Assembly (NCBI GenBank): GCA_963920595.1
Contig: OY986948.1
Span: forward strand, 372,001-436,000
Direction of reading: 5' to 3'
Origin: Eimeria praecox
Taxonomy: Eukaryota
Length of the DNA: 64,000 nt
Shown here: positions 1 to 11,218 of the stretch, one piece after another
Numbering within the stretch: the stretch's first letter is position 1
How the letters are laid out: each line of letters begins with the position of its first letter
Made by a program: the position numbers and the translations under genes
The notes under the pieces: generated by a model
The model's database searches: none
What the model was told of the DNA's origin: nothing
What the model saw: only the letters and a program-made list of their open reading frames with translations

Positions 1-1173
1 CCGTTAAGTTTATTCTGGAGCAGTTCACATGTCTTATTTTAACTGGTTAGTTGCCCTCTTATTGCCCATTATTGGCCATGACGGTATGACTTATCCTGAA
101 CCGTCCCAGTCTGGGAACGGGCAGCTCCTCAGCTAGACTCCTGCAGTAGGTGAAATTATCTAGCAGCTGGTACGGAACAGAGTACCCAGTAGAAGGCCCT
201 ACTTTACGAGTTCTGCATTCAAACACAGGGGCAGGGCTCTCTCCGGTGCTCACGTTGCCTACAAACTCCTACTGCTTTGTGGAAGTCAAAAGAGAGCTCT
301 TTTGACTAGTAACCACTTTGCTTGCCTGTGGGTGTCCTTCGTACGGACTGGCAGATTTCGCTCAGCCCAAACTGCCGATGGCTTGCGTTTTTGAAGCGTC
401 AGCAAGGCTTGGGCCCCACCAGAGACAACCACCAAAATGCCACACCCCTCAAACTTCCATTATGCAAAAGCACCATTGGCATTAGTAATTGAATTAGCCT
501 GTTCAAGTCTTTTCTTCCTGAATAAATACTTTTGCCGACCAATACCTCTCTCCACACTTCTGAGCCCGCGGATATTATTGGAAGACGTTCTGCTTCAACC
601 AGCACTGCAGGCATTTCCACGCTGGGAACGCTGCAAGGAGAGGGCAGGGGCTGACTATGCAATCGGCTACGGCGCTACAAGGCCGTAAGACTCAACCTCA
701 CAGGCGGGACAGGCGTGACAGAGTGGAAGAAAGCAAGGCTCTTCCAGGTGTTTCACATTCCAACTATTAGTTGCTAGGCCCCCGGGACAGGGTTATTCTG
801 GTAGAGGAGGCTCATATGGGGAAAAAGTGAAACTGAGATGGGATGGATGTAAGACAGGGCTACTCCATACTCAGCCTCAAAACTACTCAGGCTCCACTGC
901 AGAGTGGAAATTGACGGGATGCTCACTCAACGATTGTGCGGTGAATCATGAGGGATCCACCCGGCTAGAGATTTAAGCGTACCAATTGGCGAACTAGTTG
1001 CTGAGAGGGACCGAGATGAAATGTAAATCTTAGGAAGGTAAGCGTAAGAGTTACCCCCAAAGGTACTTCTCAAGGGGAAAATCGCCCGAAGAAAGTTTTC
1101 TGTACCTGGCAATGCAGGGGTACAAAGCGGGTTAGATTACTCTGGGCCTTCCTACGATGCCTGACGCACAGGG

Positions 1174-1259
1174 AGAAGTGGACGGATGGCACAAGCCAAA
1201 GATGAATTATGGTAGAAGAAGCGGACGGATGGCGCAAGCCAATGATGAATTATGGTAAA
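1174..1259. repeat. 43-bp direct tandem duplication (2 copies, few mismatches)
   Basis: agaagtggacggatggcacaagccaaagatgaattatggtaga followed directly by agaagcggacggatggcgcaagccaatgatgaattatggtaaa. Confidence 0.85.
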
Positions 1260-4200
1260 AGGATCACAAAAGCTTCAGTCCTACCTGCATAGCTACAACG
1301 GTAACAGAATTTCCATCTCTCCAGTAGCACCAGCACCCAACACGAATCCCGCTAGCAATACTTAATACCATCGAAGCACAGAGGTCTTTCCGGCCGCCTT
1401 CTCTCTGAAATGCCATTCAGCGAGCCCAATACTCTTTATTTGCCCTCATTACTATTCTTGGACTAGATATCTGTCTCTGTACTCGTCTCAAGAAATCTCG
1501 TGCATATCGCCAAGCTAGTGTCCTCACACTACGTTCACCATGTGATGTCGCTTCTCTCTCCCCTCGCATCCCTCACAAGCAGCCGATAAGACTCAAGGCC
1601 CTCAAGTTCCAAGAGAACAGAGTTATCTGGCTGGCTATTTTTCCTTTTCTTTTCGGCATGAGCTGCCTCGCTATGCTGCTGCAAGGCAGGCACCCCATCG
1701 TAGTTCCTCCGGCCTCCCACGAACAGTGGGCTTAAGGGTGATTTCTTGTCACCTATGCTTACCATGTCGAAATTGTTCCAAAACAAATGACATTTCCTTG
1801 TCTCAACCAGGGAAAAGAGGTAGGCTATACATCGTAGGACGCAGTCACAAGGGGATGCGCAACTTCTGTCCACAGGGCCAGCAGCACACAGATACCGTGG
1901 GAGGATGAATCATTCCTGCCCGGGGTACCGTGGTACCGTATGAATCAGTAACAAGAAAGCTAATGATTATTACTGTTTATTCACATATTAACATTTGTTT
2001 GCATATTGTGCTGAAGGTAGTGATTGTGCTAAAGGAGGTGATGCTTCTTCAGGACGAGGAGACGCCAGCTTAATCTTGAGAGCTCGATCTGTTGTTAACG
2101 GGCTCGAGTAACGCGGGCGCGCGTGGGTGTCCCCACCGCTTACTCCGGAACAACCAAAGCATCATATCATTTCCACTAAAAAGGGCATGCATTGGTTGAA
2201 GCAAACGCAAGTCAGTGGATCCTCGATGATGCCTGAGAAGCGAACCGCGCGCAGGTGACCTCAAAATTCAGGAGGGCTCAGTAGGCATCCTCTACTTTGT
2301 ATCATCTGCGGCTGTTATAATGGGCTGTAATGTAAGTTGTATGCGCGACGAGGGACGCTTTCGTATGGGAGCGTACGGGGCCCATCCCACTGTAGCCATC
2401 ACCGATCCTCCGAAACTTGGACGGGTCGAATGGGCAAAATCTACCACCGGTGAATTAACTATACTCACGAGGGCTGGCGTCCAGAGTTTTGACAAATGGA
2501 TGCGTACAAAAGACTTCAAGATGATCATGCCCCCTTTGGCTCCCCATCCCAGAGTGCCGTTCTTCCCTGGAGGAGTGCCAGATGTCGATTCTCTAAGTAG
2601 AAGCTGCAACGTTATACCGGAGGGGCAGTTGAGGTTTCATGCAGCATCTCAGGCAGGAGGAGCATCCCTCTTTTGTTCTCCAAGGTATGAGGCACCTTTT
2701 ATTGTGTATGAGACTGAACCGCTGGGTGATCGTGTGAAGCAAGGGCCGCATGCTCTTAGAACCATGTGCAGGGCCTTGTCATACATCTACAAGTGCGTTT
2801 TGCCTATCATACGGGCAACTTGAGTGTACTCCCAGCAAAGTAATTGCAGGTGTACGACGAGCTCAAGCTCGTGAATAGGGTTGTGAGGGCTTGCTAGGCG
2901 TATTCATGCAAACCTAATGTGGTGGACATTTCTCGTTTGCGAGAACATGATATACCACTTATATAGGAAGGTGGTATCAGAACCTTTTTACTATTCATCT
3001 GGCTTTCGAGTCGAGCTCGGATTTTCCACAATGGCAAGCTTCACACAGGGGGATGCAGTGACCTTGAGGCAAAATCACGGGCAGGCACGCACTAGGTAGT
3101 GCACACAGCAGAACATCAGCAAGCCTTAGTATGGGTAGTATGGGTTACTGGAACTGTCAGGGCTGGAGTAGTTACGCTTAGCCAGTAGAAGGCGAACAAC
3201 GCAACAGATATATGCCAAGCATTTTCGGCAAATGAGCTTTAAATGGTAAACTGGTTATGACTGAAGTTCCAGCAAGCACAGGAATTCTAAACGGTGTAGG
3301 AGTGTTCGAACAGCGCAACTGAGATATGCTAGACACTTTTGTCCAATCGACTTCAAGTGGTGGACGGATTGCAGTTCCAGAAAGCACATGAGTTCTACAT
3401 GGTGTGTGAGTGTTCTGCGTGGAAAACGAGAAGCAACTTCGCCAGTGGAATCTTGCACTGCACACAGTGATGGTTTGTGCTTCTCACCTAGCAGCGTATG
3501 CAATTGCAGCGATAATCCAACGTTTTGATACTTAAGCTTACGTACTTAATAACGAATGAGAACAGGGAAAGGCACTACGGCTTTGTCTTCGACGCTGCCC
3601 CTGCGCGGGGCTGGTGCGGCTGAGTGATGCCACGGGAAAGTGCCACTGGTGGGCATGCTCGTATGCCTGTTTGGGGGGTTACTATCTCACAGGGGCACCT
3701 AAAAGTGTCTATCGGTGCTGATGAAGCGTTGCTCAATGCAACGTGGGGGGTACAATTTCTTTCGCAGTTTTATTAAGATTCTGCAGTGAACCCTGGCAGA
3801 ATCTACTCTATTCGAAATACATGAAATGGACAAAGGGCGACACGTCATGGCCAAGCTAACGCAATAGAGGACTTCTGTGGGGCTTCGACCAACCTGCGTC
3901 AAGCTTCTACACTTGAATGGTGCATTACCCCCAATTTCCTGCTAACCCTTTAGATTCCAGCCCATGCACACTGCACAGCACAGCACAGTGCATTGAAGCG
4001 AGAGTTGCAAAGACAAGCACCCGGCAGGACTAAGCCTGGCTTTTCACCCATTGCATTTGATAACTATTATGCAGTATGAAGACGAAGAGAACAATCAGTC
4101 AATAGTCGAGTGCCCGCAGTACAAAAGGTTACAGAGGCACGGCAGTTTCTGGGCAGAACCGAGGGACTTTCCGGATTCTTCAGGTGCATGTAAAGGATCT

Positions 4201-4564
4201 CTGGGACTCTGCTGATATGGAGCAGTCGAAAAGGCGCAGAAGCCTCCATTCCCTTAGTCTGTTAGTTCGTCCTTCATGCTGAAACTGTGAGGAAGAGAGT
4301 TTTTCCCCACTTCAGGCTGACACGAACAAGTTTTTCTGTTGCAAACATTACCACACGCAGCTGCAACAGCTGACGGAAATGGGGTATATGCTCGGAGTGG
4401 GCTTGTAAAGTGTAACTAGAGTTGTCGGTTAGCGAACACCGCTGGGGGCTGAAGTAATGCGGAGATGCTTTAAATATGAATGCCCCCAAAGCATCTCACT
4501 TCTTCTCCTTCAGGCCTCCATGTACACACGGAGCTGCAGCATGTGCAGAGGGCAGACAAATTGC

Positions 4565-4606
4565 CATGAGCTGCAGCACAGCTTGCTGCAACTCCTGCTG
4601 AAAGGC
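4565..4606 (+). repeat. Copy of a small dispersed repeat (core catgagYtgcagcacagcttgctgcaa)
   Basis: The same core appears at 30003 and 30348. Confidence 0.7.
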
Positions 4607-5462
4607 AACAGCAAATGCAAGCGTAACAAAGGTACATCCTGGTGCTTGCGCTAGCACAGGACACAACTGCTAAGCGCATACGTGACGCTCAGCCTTATCC
4701 TGAGGTGCGTGCGCAGATATAATGTCCAATATATTATTGAGTAACTCAATGTGCAGCAAGCTGTGGCTCTGAGGAACTGGCTAATTCCTCGCACACACAT
4801 GGCTGGCTCGCACTGTGTGCTTAGCGGGATTGTAATTTCTGTAGCACTCTGCAAATTCCATATGCAGGGCATATCTCCTTAAACTTTCTCTTATTTTAGA
4901 CATTTTAGCCCCCTACACATTCCAGTATCAAGCATAATGGCAGAGAGTTCATGGCCGCTGGCTGGGGGGGCTGGCAGTGGGGGACACTTCATCGACGAGT
5001 CCGCGGCTGGATCCTCGCTTGCTGAACACTGAAACGCCGTTCCACTATACCACACTGTTTGCAGCCAACAGAGAAATTTTCCTCCTCTGCTGTTAAGCAT
5101 TTTGTATTCAAGGTATATTCATACCACATTTGTTGACAGTCAGGGTCTCGACTGCTGAATGTCTCGTTTTTGTTGGTTGCTACCGTCGAGCGGAAGCAGG
5201 CGGAGCGTCCCTGCTTACTCATAGAAAAGGGGCCATTTAAGGGCTGTTTTTACATAATAACCTGCGAACGTGACATCTGCAACGAATTTTTCCTTTCCCT
5301 TTATTTTTCCCCGAGGTTTTCGGCGTGGCTAGCTCTTCGCTCATGGTGCGAGGTCGCATCGAAGTGGAGCTGCGTTGCCAAAGGCCACCTCTTTTCCCTT
5401 AATCATCTTTCATTACTCCTTATAAATTCATATTCATTCACTCCCCAATTGGTTTCCTAAGA

Positions 5463-8400
5463 ATGAAGGTCCCTTCGGCCCTAGGCTTCCTGGCGTGGGC
5501 CACTATCCAAGCGTCTGAAGCAATTCGTCGCGACACGAGCTTCTTAAGTAGGTCTCGTGAAGCTTTCTCCTGTTACATAGAGCATTAGACACCAACTGAT
5601 GGAGCTTTAGCAGCTATACTAACTACCATATCTTCTTTGAATATCCTTGTTGTGTGCGCAGGCCTCTCCGCTGGACCAGTAAGTCGTTGCCACATCGGCT
5701 TCCTCATTGCTTGAATGCAGTGGGCATTTCGTGCTGGTCTAAATGTTGGGTATGCGGCGTTGTTGGCCTTGAATAGTGCGTCTCAGCGGTTATGACGCTA
5801 CGCCTCACTCTTTACGCAGCACGTAGTAGCGAGCGACAGGGAGTATAATAATGTGGCGTGCTGCGTCTTCTGCAGGAAGAGCTTAATCAGGAGACGACGA
5901 GCTTTAAGTCGCTTCAAGATGCTCTGGACGATTATTGCCAGTCCGAGGCTCAAGCTGCATGCAAGAGCGGCTTGAGCAACTACTGTAATGCGAAAGTTTA
6001 CGCAAGATACGACGGACAGAGGAACAATGCCAACAGCAAAGCATGGCGCTGTTATGCAGAAGAATCCCTTAACCTTGAGGCTTTTCGCTCAGGCTGCGTG
6101 GACAATTGTGGCAATCAGAAAATGTGCCTTGGCTCGTACAACGGCACATCGAGTACTTACCTGTCACGCAACAGCCAGTTGCAGAGCCGGGTGGATGAGT
6201 GGAAGTCCGTATATTGTGGCGCCCCGCCACCAACACTTCAGGAAGCATTGGATAGAAAGTGTGCTTCGTTTGGTGAAGAAGCATGCAATCAAGGACTATG
6301 GGCATACTGCGACGTTACATTGTACGCCCGTTACGACGTGGGAAATGCTTCACAAACGGCGCGGGATTGGCGTTGCTACACGCAGGATGCGCTTGACTTC
6401 GACATCTCCCGTGATGTCTGTGTAGACGACTGCGGGCACTTCACAACGTGCCATGGCGCAGTAAATGGTACCTCCAGTTCTCACCTGTCCCGTGGAAAGG
6501 AGATCGCGTCCGTTCTTCTTGCAGAAAAAGAGCATTACTGCAACACTGAAACAGACGTGCCAGAGACATCAGACAGCATCGAGTCCGATGAAGTGTCAGA
6601 GACAGCAACATCCCAGTCCGAACTGCAAAATGTCTTGGATCAGATTTGCGCTGAGGAGGGAAGGCGCGCGTGCAACCAAGGACTGAACGCCTACTGCGGC
6701 GCAAATATGTTCGCACGTCGCGACGTGGGAACTCAGCAACAGCAGACGAGGGAGTGGCGTTGCTATGCACAGGGTTCCCTTAATTTAGACAAATCTGGTG
6801 ATGGCTGCGTTGATAATTGCGGAAATATCGTGTCGTGCCTTGGTGCAGTAGACGGTGCCTCCGTTACCCACCTGTCTAGGAATAGTCAGTTAGAGTCAGC
6901 TATTGCAGAAAACAAACGCGAATTCTGCCATACTGGATCGGAAGCAGCTGAGGCATCACAACAAGAGGAGCCTGCCCAGGTACCGGAGACAACAACGGAG
7001 CCACCAAGCCCCCCATCCAGAATGCAAGCTTTGTTGGACAGCTTTTGTGCCGAGGAGGGAAGACGTGCGTGCAACCAGGGACTGAGCGCCTACTGCGAGG
7101 CCCCTATGTTTGCCCGTCGTGATATTGGACTTTCGTCGCAGCAGAGCCGAGAGTGGCGTTGCTATGTACAGGGTTCGTTAAACTTCGGCAAATCCGGTGA
7201 TGGCTGTGTGGACGACTGTGGCAATCTTATCTCGTGCTCTGGTGCGGTAGACGGCTCTTCTTCTACACACTTGTCTCGGAATAGTCAGTTAGAGTCAGCC
7301 ATTGCAGCCAACAAGGTTGAATTCTGCAATACTGGATCGGAAACTCCTGAGGCGTCGAAGGAAGAGGAGCCTGCCGAGGCACCGGAGGCAACAACGGAGC
7401 CACCAAGCCCCCCATCCAGAATGCAAGCTTTGTTGGACAGCTTTTGTGCCGAGGAGGGAAGACGTGCGTGCAACCAGGGACTGAGCGCCTACTGCGACGC
7501 CCCTATGTTTGCCCGTCGTGATATTGGACTTTCGTCGCAGCAGAGCCGAGAGTGGCGTTGCTATGTACAGGGTTCGTTAAACTTCGGCAAATCCGGTGAT
7601 GGCTGTGTGGACGACTGTGGCAATCTTATCTCGTGCTCTGGTGCGGTAGACGGCTCTTCTTCTACACACTTGTCTCGGAATAGTCAGTTAGAGTCAGCCA
7701 TTGCAGCCAACAAGGTTGAATTCTGCAATACTGGATCGGAAACTCCTGAGGCATCGAAGGAAGAGGAGCCTGCCGAGGTACCGGAGGCAACAACGGAGCC
7801 ACCAAGCCCCCCATCCAGAATGCAAGCTTTGTTGGACAGCTTTTGTGCCGAGGAGGGAAGGCGTGCGTGCAACCAGGGACTGAGCGCCTACTGCGAGGCC
7901 CCTATGTTTGCCCGTCGTGATATTGGACTTTCGTCGCAGCAGAGCCGAGAGTGGCGTTGCTATGTACAGGGTTCGTTAAACTTCGGCAAATCCGGTGATG
8001 GCTGTGTGGACGACTGTGGCAATCTTATCTCGTGCTCTGGTGCGGTAGACGGCTCTTCTTCTACGCACTTGTCTCGGAATAGTCAGTTAGAGTCAGCCAT
8101 TGCAGCCAACAAGGTTGAATTCTGCAATACTGGATCGGAAACTCCTGAGGCGTCGAAGGAAGAGGAGCCTGCCGAGGCACCGGAGGCAACAACGGAGCCA
8201 CCAAGCCCCCCATCCAGAATGCAAGCTTTGTTGGACAGCTTTTGTGCCGAGGAGGGAAGACGTGCGTGCAACCAGGGACTGAGCGCCTACTGCGAGGCCC
8301 CTATGTTTGCCCGTCGTGATATTGGACTTTCGTCGCAGCAGAGCCGAGAGTGGCGTTGCTATGTACAGGGTTCGTTAAACTTCGGCAAATCCGGTGATGG

Positions 8401-11218
8401 CTGTGTGGACGACTGTGGCAATCTTATCTCGTGCTCTGGTGCGGTAGACGGCTCTTCTTCTACGCACTTGTCTCGGAATAGTCAGTTAGAGTCAGCCATT
8501 GCAGCCAACAAGGTTGAATTCTGCAATACTGGATCGGAAACTCCTGAGGCGTCGAAGGAAGAGGAGCCTGCCGAGGCACCGGAGGCAACAACGGAGCCAC
8601 CAAGCCCCCCATCCAGAATGCAAGCTTTGTTGGACAGCTTTTGTGCCGAGGAGGGAAGACGTGCGTGCAACCAGGGACTGAGCGCCTACTGCGAGGCCCC
8701 TATGTTTGCCCGTCGTGATATTGGACTTTCGTCGCAGCAGAGCCGAGAGTGGCGTTGCTATGTACAGGGTTCGTTAAACTTCGGCAAATCCGGTGATGGC
8801 TGTGTGGACGACTGTGGCAATCTTATCTCGTGCTCTGGTGCGGTAGACGGCTCTTCTTCTACGCACTTGTCTCGGAATAGTCAGTTAGAGTCAGCCATTG
8901 CAGCCAACAAGGTTGAATTCTGCAATACTGGATCGGAAACTCCTGAGGCGTCGAAGGAAGAGGAGCCTGCCGAGGCACCGGAGGCAACAACGGAGCCACC
9001 AAGCCCCCCATCCAGAATGCAAGCTTTGTTGGACAGCTTTTGTGCCGAGGAGGGAAGACGTGCGTGCAACCAGGGACTGAGCGCCTACTGCGAGGCCCCT
9101 ATGTTTGCCCGTCGTGATATTGGACTTTCGTCGCAGCAGAGCCGAGAGTGGCGTTGCTATGTACAGGGTTCGTTAAACTTCGGCAAATCCGGTGATGGCT
9201 GTGTGGACGACTGTGGCAATCTTATCTCGTGTTCTGGTGCGGTAGACGGCTCTTCTTCTACGCACTTGTCTCGGAATAGTCAGTTAGAGTCAGCCATTGC
9301 AGCCAACAAGGTTGAATTCTGCAATACTGGATCGGAAACTCCTGAGGCGTCGAAGGAAGAGGAGCCTGCCGAGGCACCGGAGGCAACAACGGAGCCACCA
9401 AGCCCCCCATCCAGAATGCAAGCTTTGTTGGACAGCTTTTGTGCCGAGGAGGGAAGACGTGCGTGCAACCAGGGACTGAGCGCCTACTGCGAGGCCCCTA
9501 TGTTTGCCCGTCGTGATATTGGACTTTCGTCGCAGCAGAGCCGAGAGTGGCGTTGCTATGTACAGGGTTCGTTAAACTTCGGCAAATCCGGTGATGGCTG
9601 TGTGGACGACTGTGGCAATCTTATCTCGTGCTCTGGTGCGGTAGACGGCTCTTCTTCTACACACTTGTCTCGGAATAGTCAGTTAGAGTCAGCCATTGCA
9701 GCCAACAAGGTTGAATTCTGCAATACTGGATCGGAAACTCCTGAGGCATCGAAGGAAGAGGAGCCTGCCGAGGCACCGGAGGCAACAACGGAGCCACCAA
9801 GCCCCCCATCCAGAATGCAAGCTTTGTTGGACAGCTTTTGTGCCGAGGAGGGAAGACGTGCGTGCAACCAGGGACTGAGCGCCTACTGCGAGGCCCCTAT
9901 GTTTGCCCGTCGTGATATTGGACTTTCGTCGCAGCAGAGCCGAGAGTGGCGTTGCTATGTACAGGGTTCGTTAAACTTCGGCAAATCCGGTGATGGCTGT
10001 GTGGACGACTGTGGCAATCTTATCTCGTGCTCTGGTGCGGTAGACGGCTCTTCTTCTACACACTTGTCTCGGAATAGTCAGTTAGAGTCAGCCATTGCAG
10101 CCAACAAGGTTGAATTCTGCAATACTGGATCGGAAACTCCTGAGGCATCGAAGGAAGAGGAGCCTGCCGAGGCACCGGAGGCAACAACGGAGCCACCAAG
10201 CCCCTCATCCAAATTGCAAGCTTTGTTGGACAGCTTTTGTGCCGAGGAGGGAAAGCTTGCGTGCAAGCAGGGACTGAGCGCCTACTGCGAGGCCCCTATG
10301 TTTGCCCGTCGTGATATTGGACTTTCGTCGCAGCAGAGCCGAGAGTGGCGTTGCTATGTACAGGGTTCGTTAGACTTCGGCATATCCGGTGATGGCTGTG
10401 TGGACGATTGTGGAAACCTGGTGTCCTGCCTGGGTGCTGTAAACGGGAGCTCAAGTGTGCATCTCTCACGGGATTCAAAGGCTCAAGAAATTATTCAGAA
10501 GAATAAAACGGATACGTGCACCCAGAAAGAGGAAGGCCAAGAATCAAGTGGACGCCCAACCCCCGTCCCAGGGCCTGAGGGTCCTGAAGGAGCACCGAAG
10601 CCAGACGCTCCCAGCAAGGGACTGAAGGCTCCTCCAAAGGTAAGGCGAAATTGTGGTGGCCCTCGAAGACTTGAGCCCAGTGGCGTTTCCCAGTCTTTTA
10701 TTGTTTAATAAGTGGTGCTTGTGCGTGTTTGCAGGTGCCAGGTGCTGGGCTATTACAAGATATGATTGACTCCCAGTGCATGGCGGCGATTGCCAAGCTG
10801 TGTGTATCTGACGACAGCATGTGCCAACACGCAGTAGCCCGCAAAAGCGGATCCGCATGGAGGTGTTATCCGTTGAGCGCACTGGATGACTCTCAGTCAA
10901 AAGATATTTGTATAGATGACTGTGGCCATGCATTAGCCTGCCCTGGCGTTCCAAAGGATGGAGATGCTAGCCACATAGGAACCACAGACCTAACTGGGCT
11001 AGTCAAGGAGCTGAGAGAAGCCACCTGCGAAATGAGAGTAAGTGCCGCTATCTAGTGTCCGTAATTTTACATGGGTCTGGTAATGCTATGCGAAAGTTCC
11101 GATAGTGCCCAGCTGTCCGTTAGTTTACCTGATGTGATCAGCAGCCAGCGTTGAGTGTGTGCTGTTGATCCTTTAGGAAGAGAAGAAGATGAGGTGGGTT
11201 AGAGAGCATGAGCAGTGA
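5463..11218 (+). CDS. MIC3: Microneme protein 3 (MIC3), MAR-domain sialic-acid-binding adhesin, ~1736 aa, 13 MAR domains. Exons: 5463-5547, 5662-5678, 5876-10639, 10735-11037, 11177-11218
   Basis: Exon 1 encodes a signal peptide (MKVPSALGFLAWATIQASEA). All four introns are GT-AG and phase-consistent. Repeated Cys-rich units LQxxLDxxC...ACxxGLxAYC...ARxD...WRCY...CVDxCG...C.G.V.G....HLSR match the microneme adhesive repeat pattern of Eimeria MIC3. The last, divergent MAR is in exon 4. Confidence 0.93.
6881..10380 (+). repeat. Coding tandem array of 399-bp (133-aa) MAR+linker units: 8 near-identical copies plus a mosaic ninth
   Basis: Exact 399-bp periodicity; the site tac(a/g)cac recurs at 7264, 7663, 8062, 8461, 8860, 9259, 9658 and 10057. 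The ORF track repeats the same shadow ORFs every 399 bp. Confidence 0.98.

Noticed and set aside
2972..2983. TGGTATCAGAAC resembling the plant-type tRNA-iMet primer-binding site TGGTATCAGAGC
   Set aside because: One mismatch, not preceded by an LTR-terminal CA, and no gag ORF follows; probably chance.
6886..10277. Nine repeated 60-62 aa ORFs on both strands within MIC3
   Set aside because: Shadow frames of the 399-bp coding repeat, not independent genes.
6881..10380. Regular repeat array as a possible CRISPR-like locus
   Set aside because: Units are contiguous 399-bp in-frame coding repeats with no unique spacers, in a eukaryotic gene.
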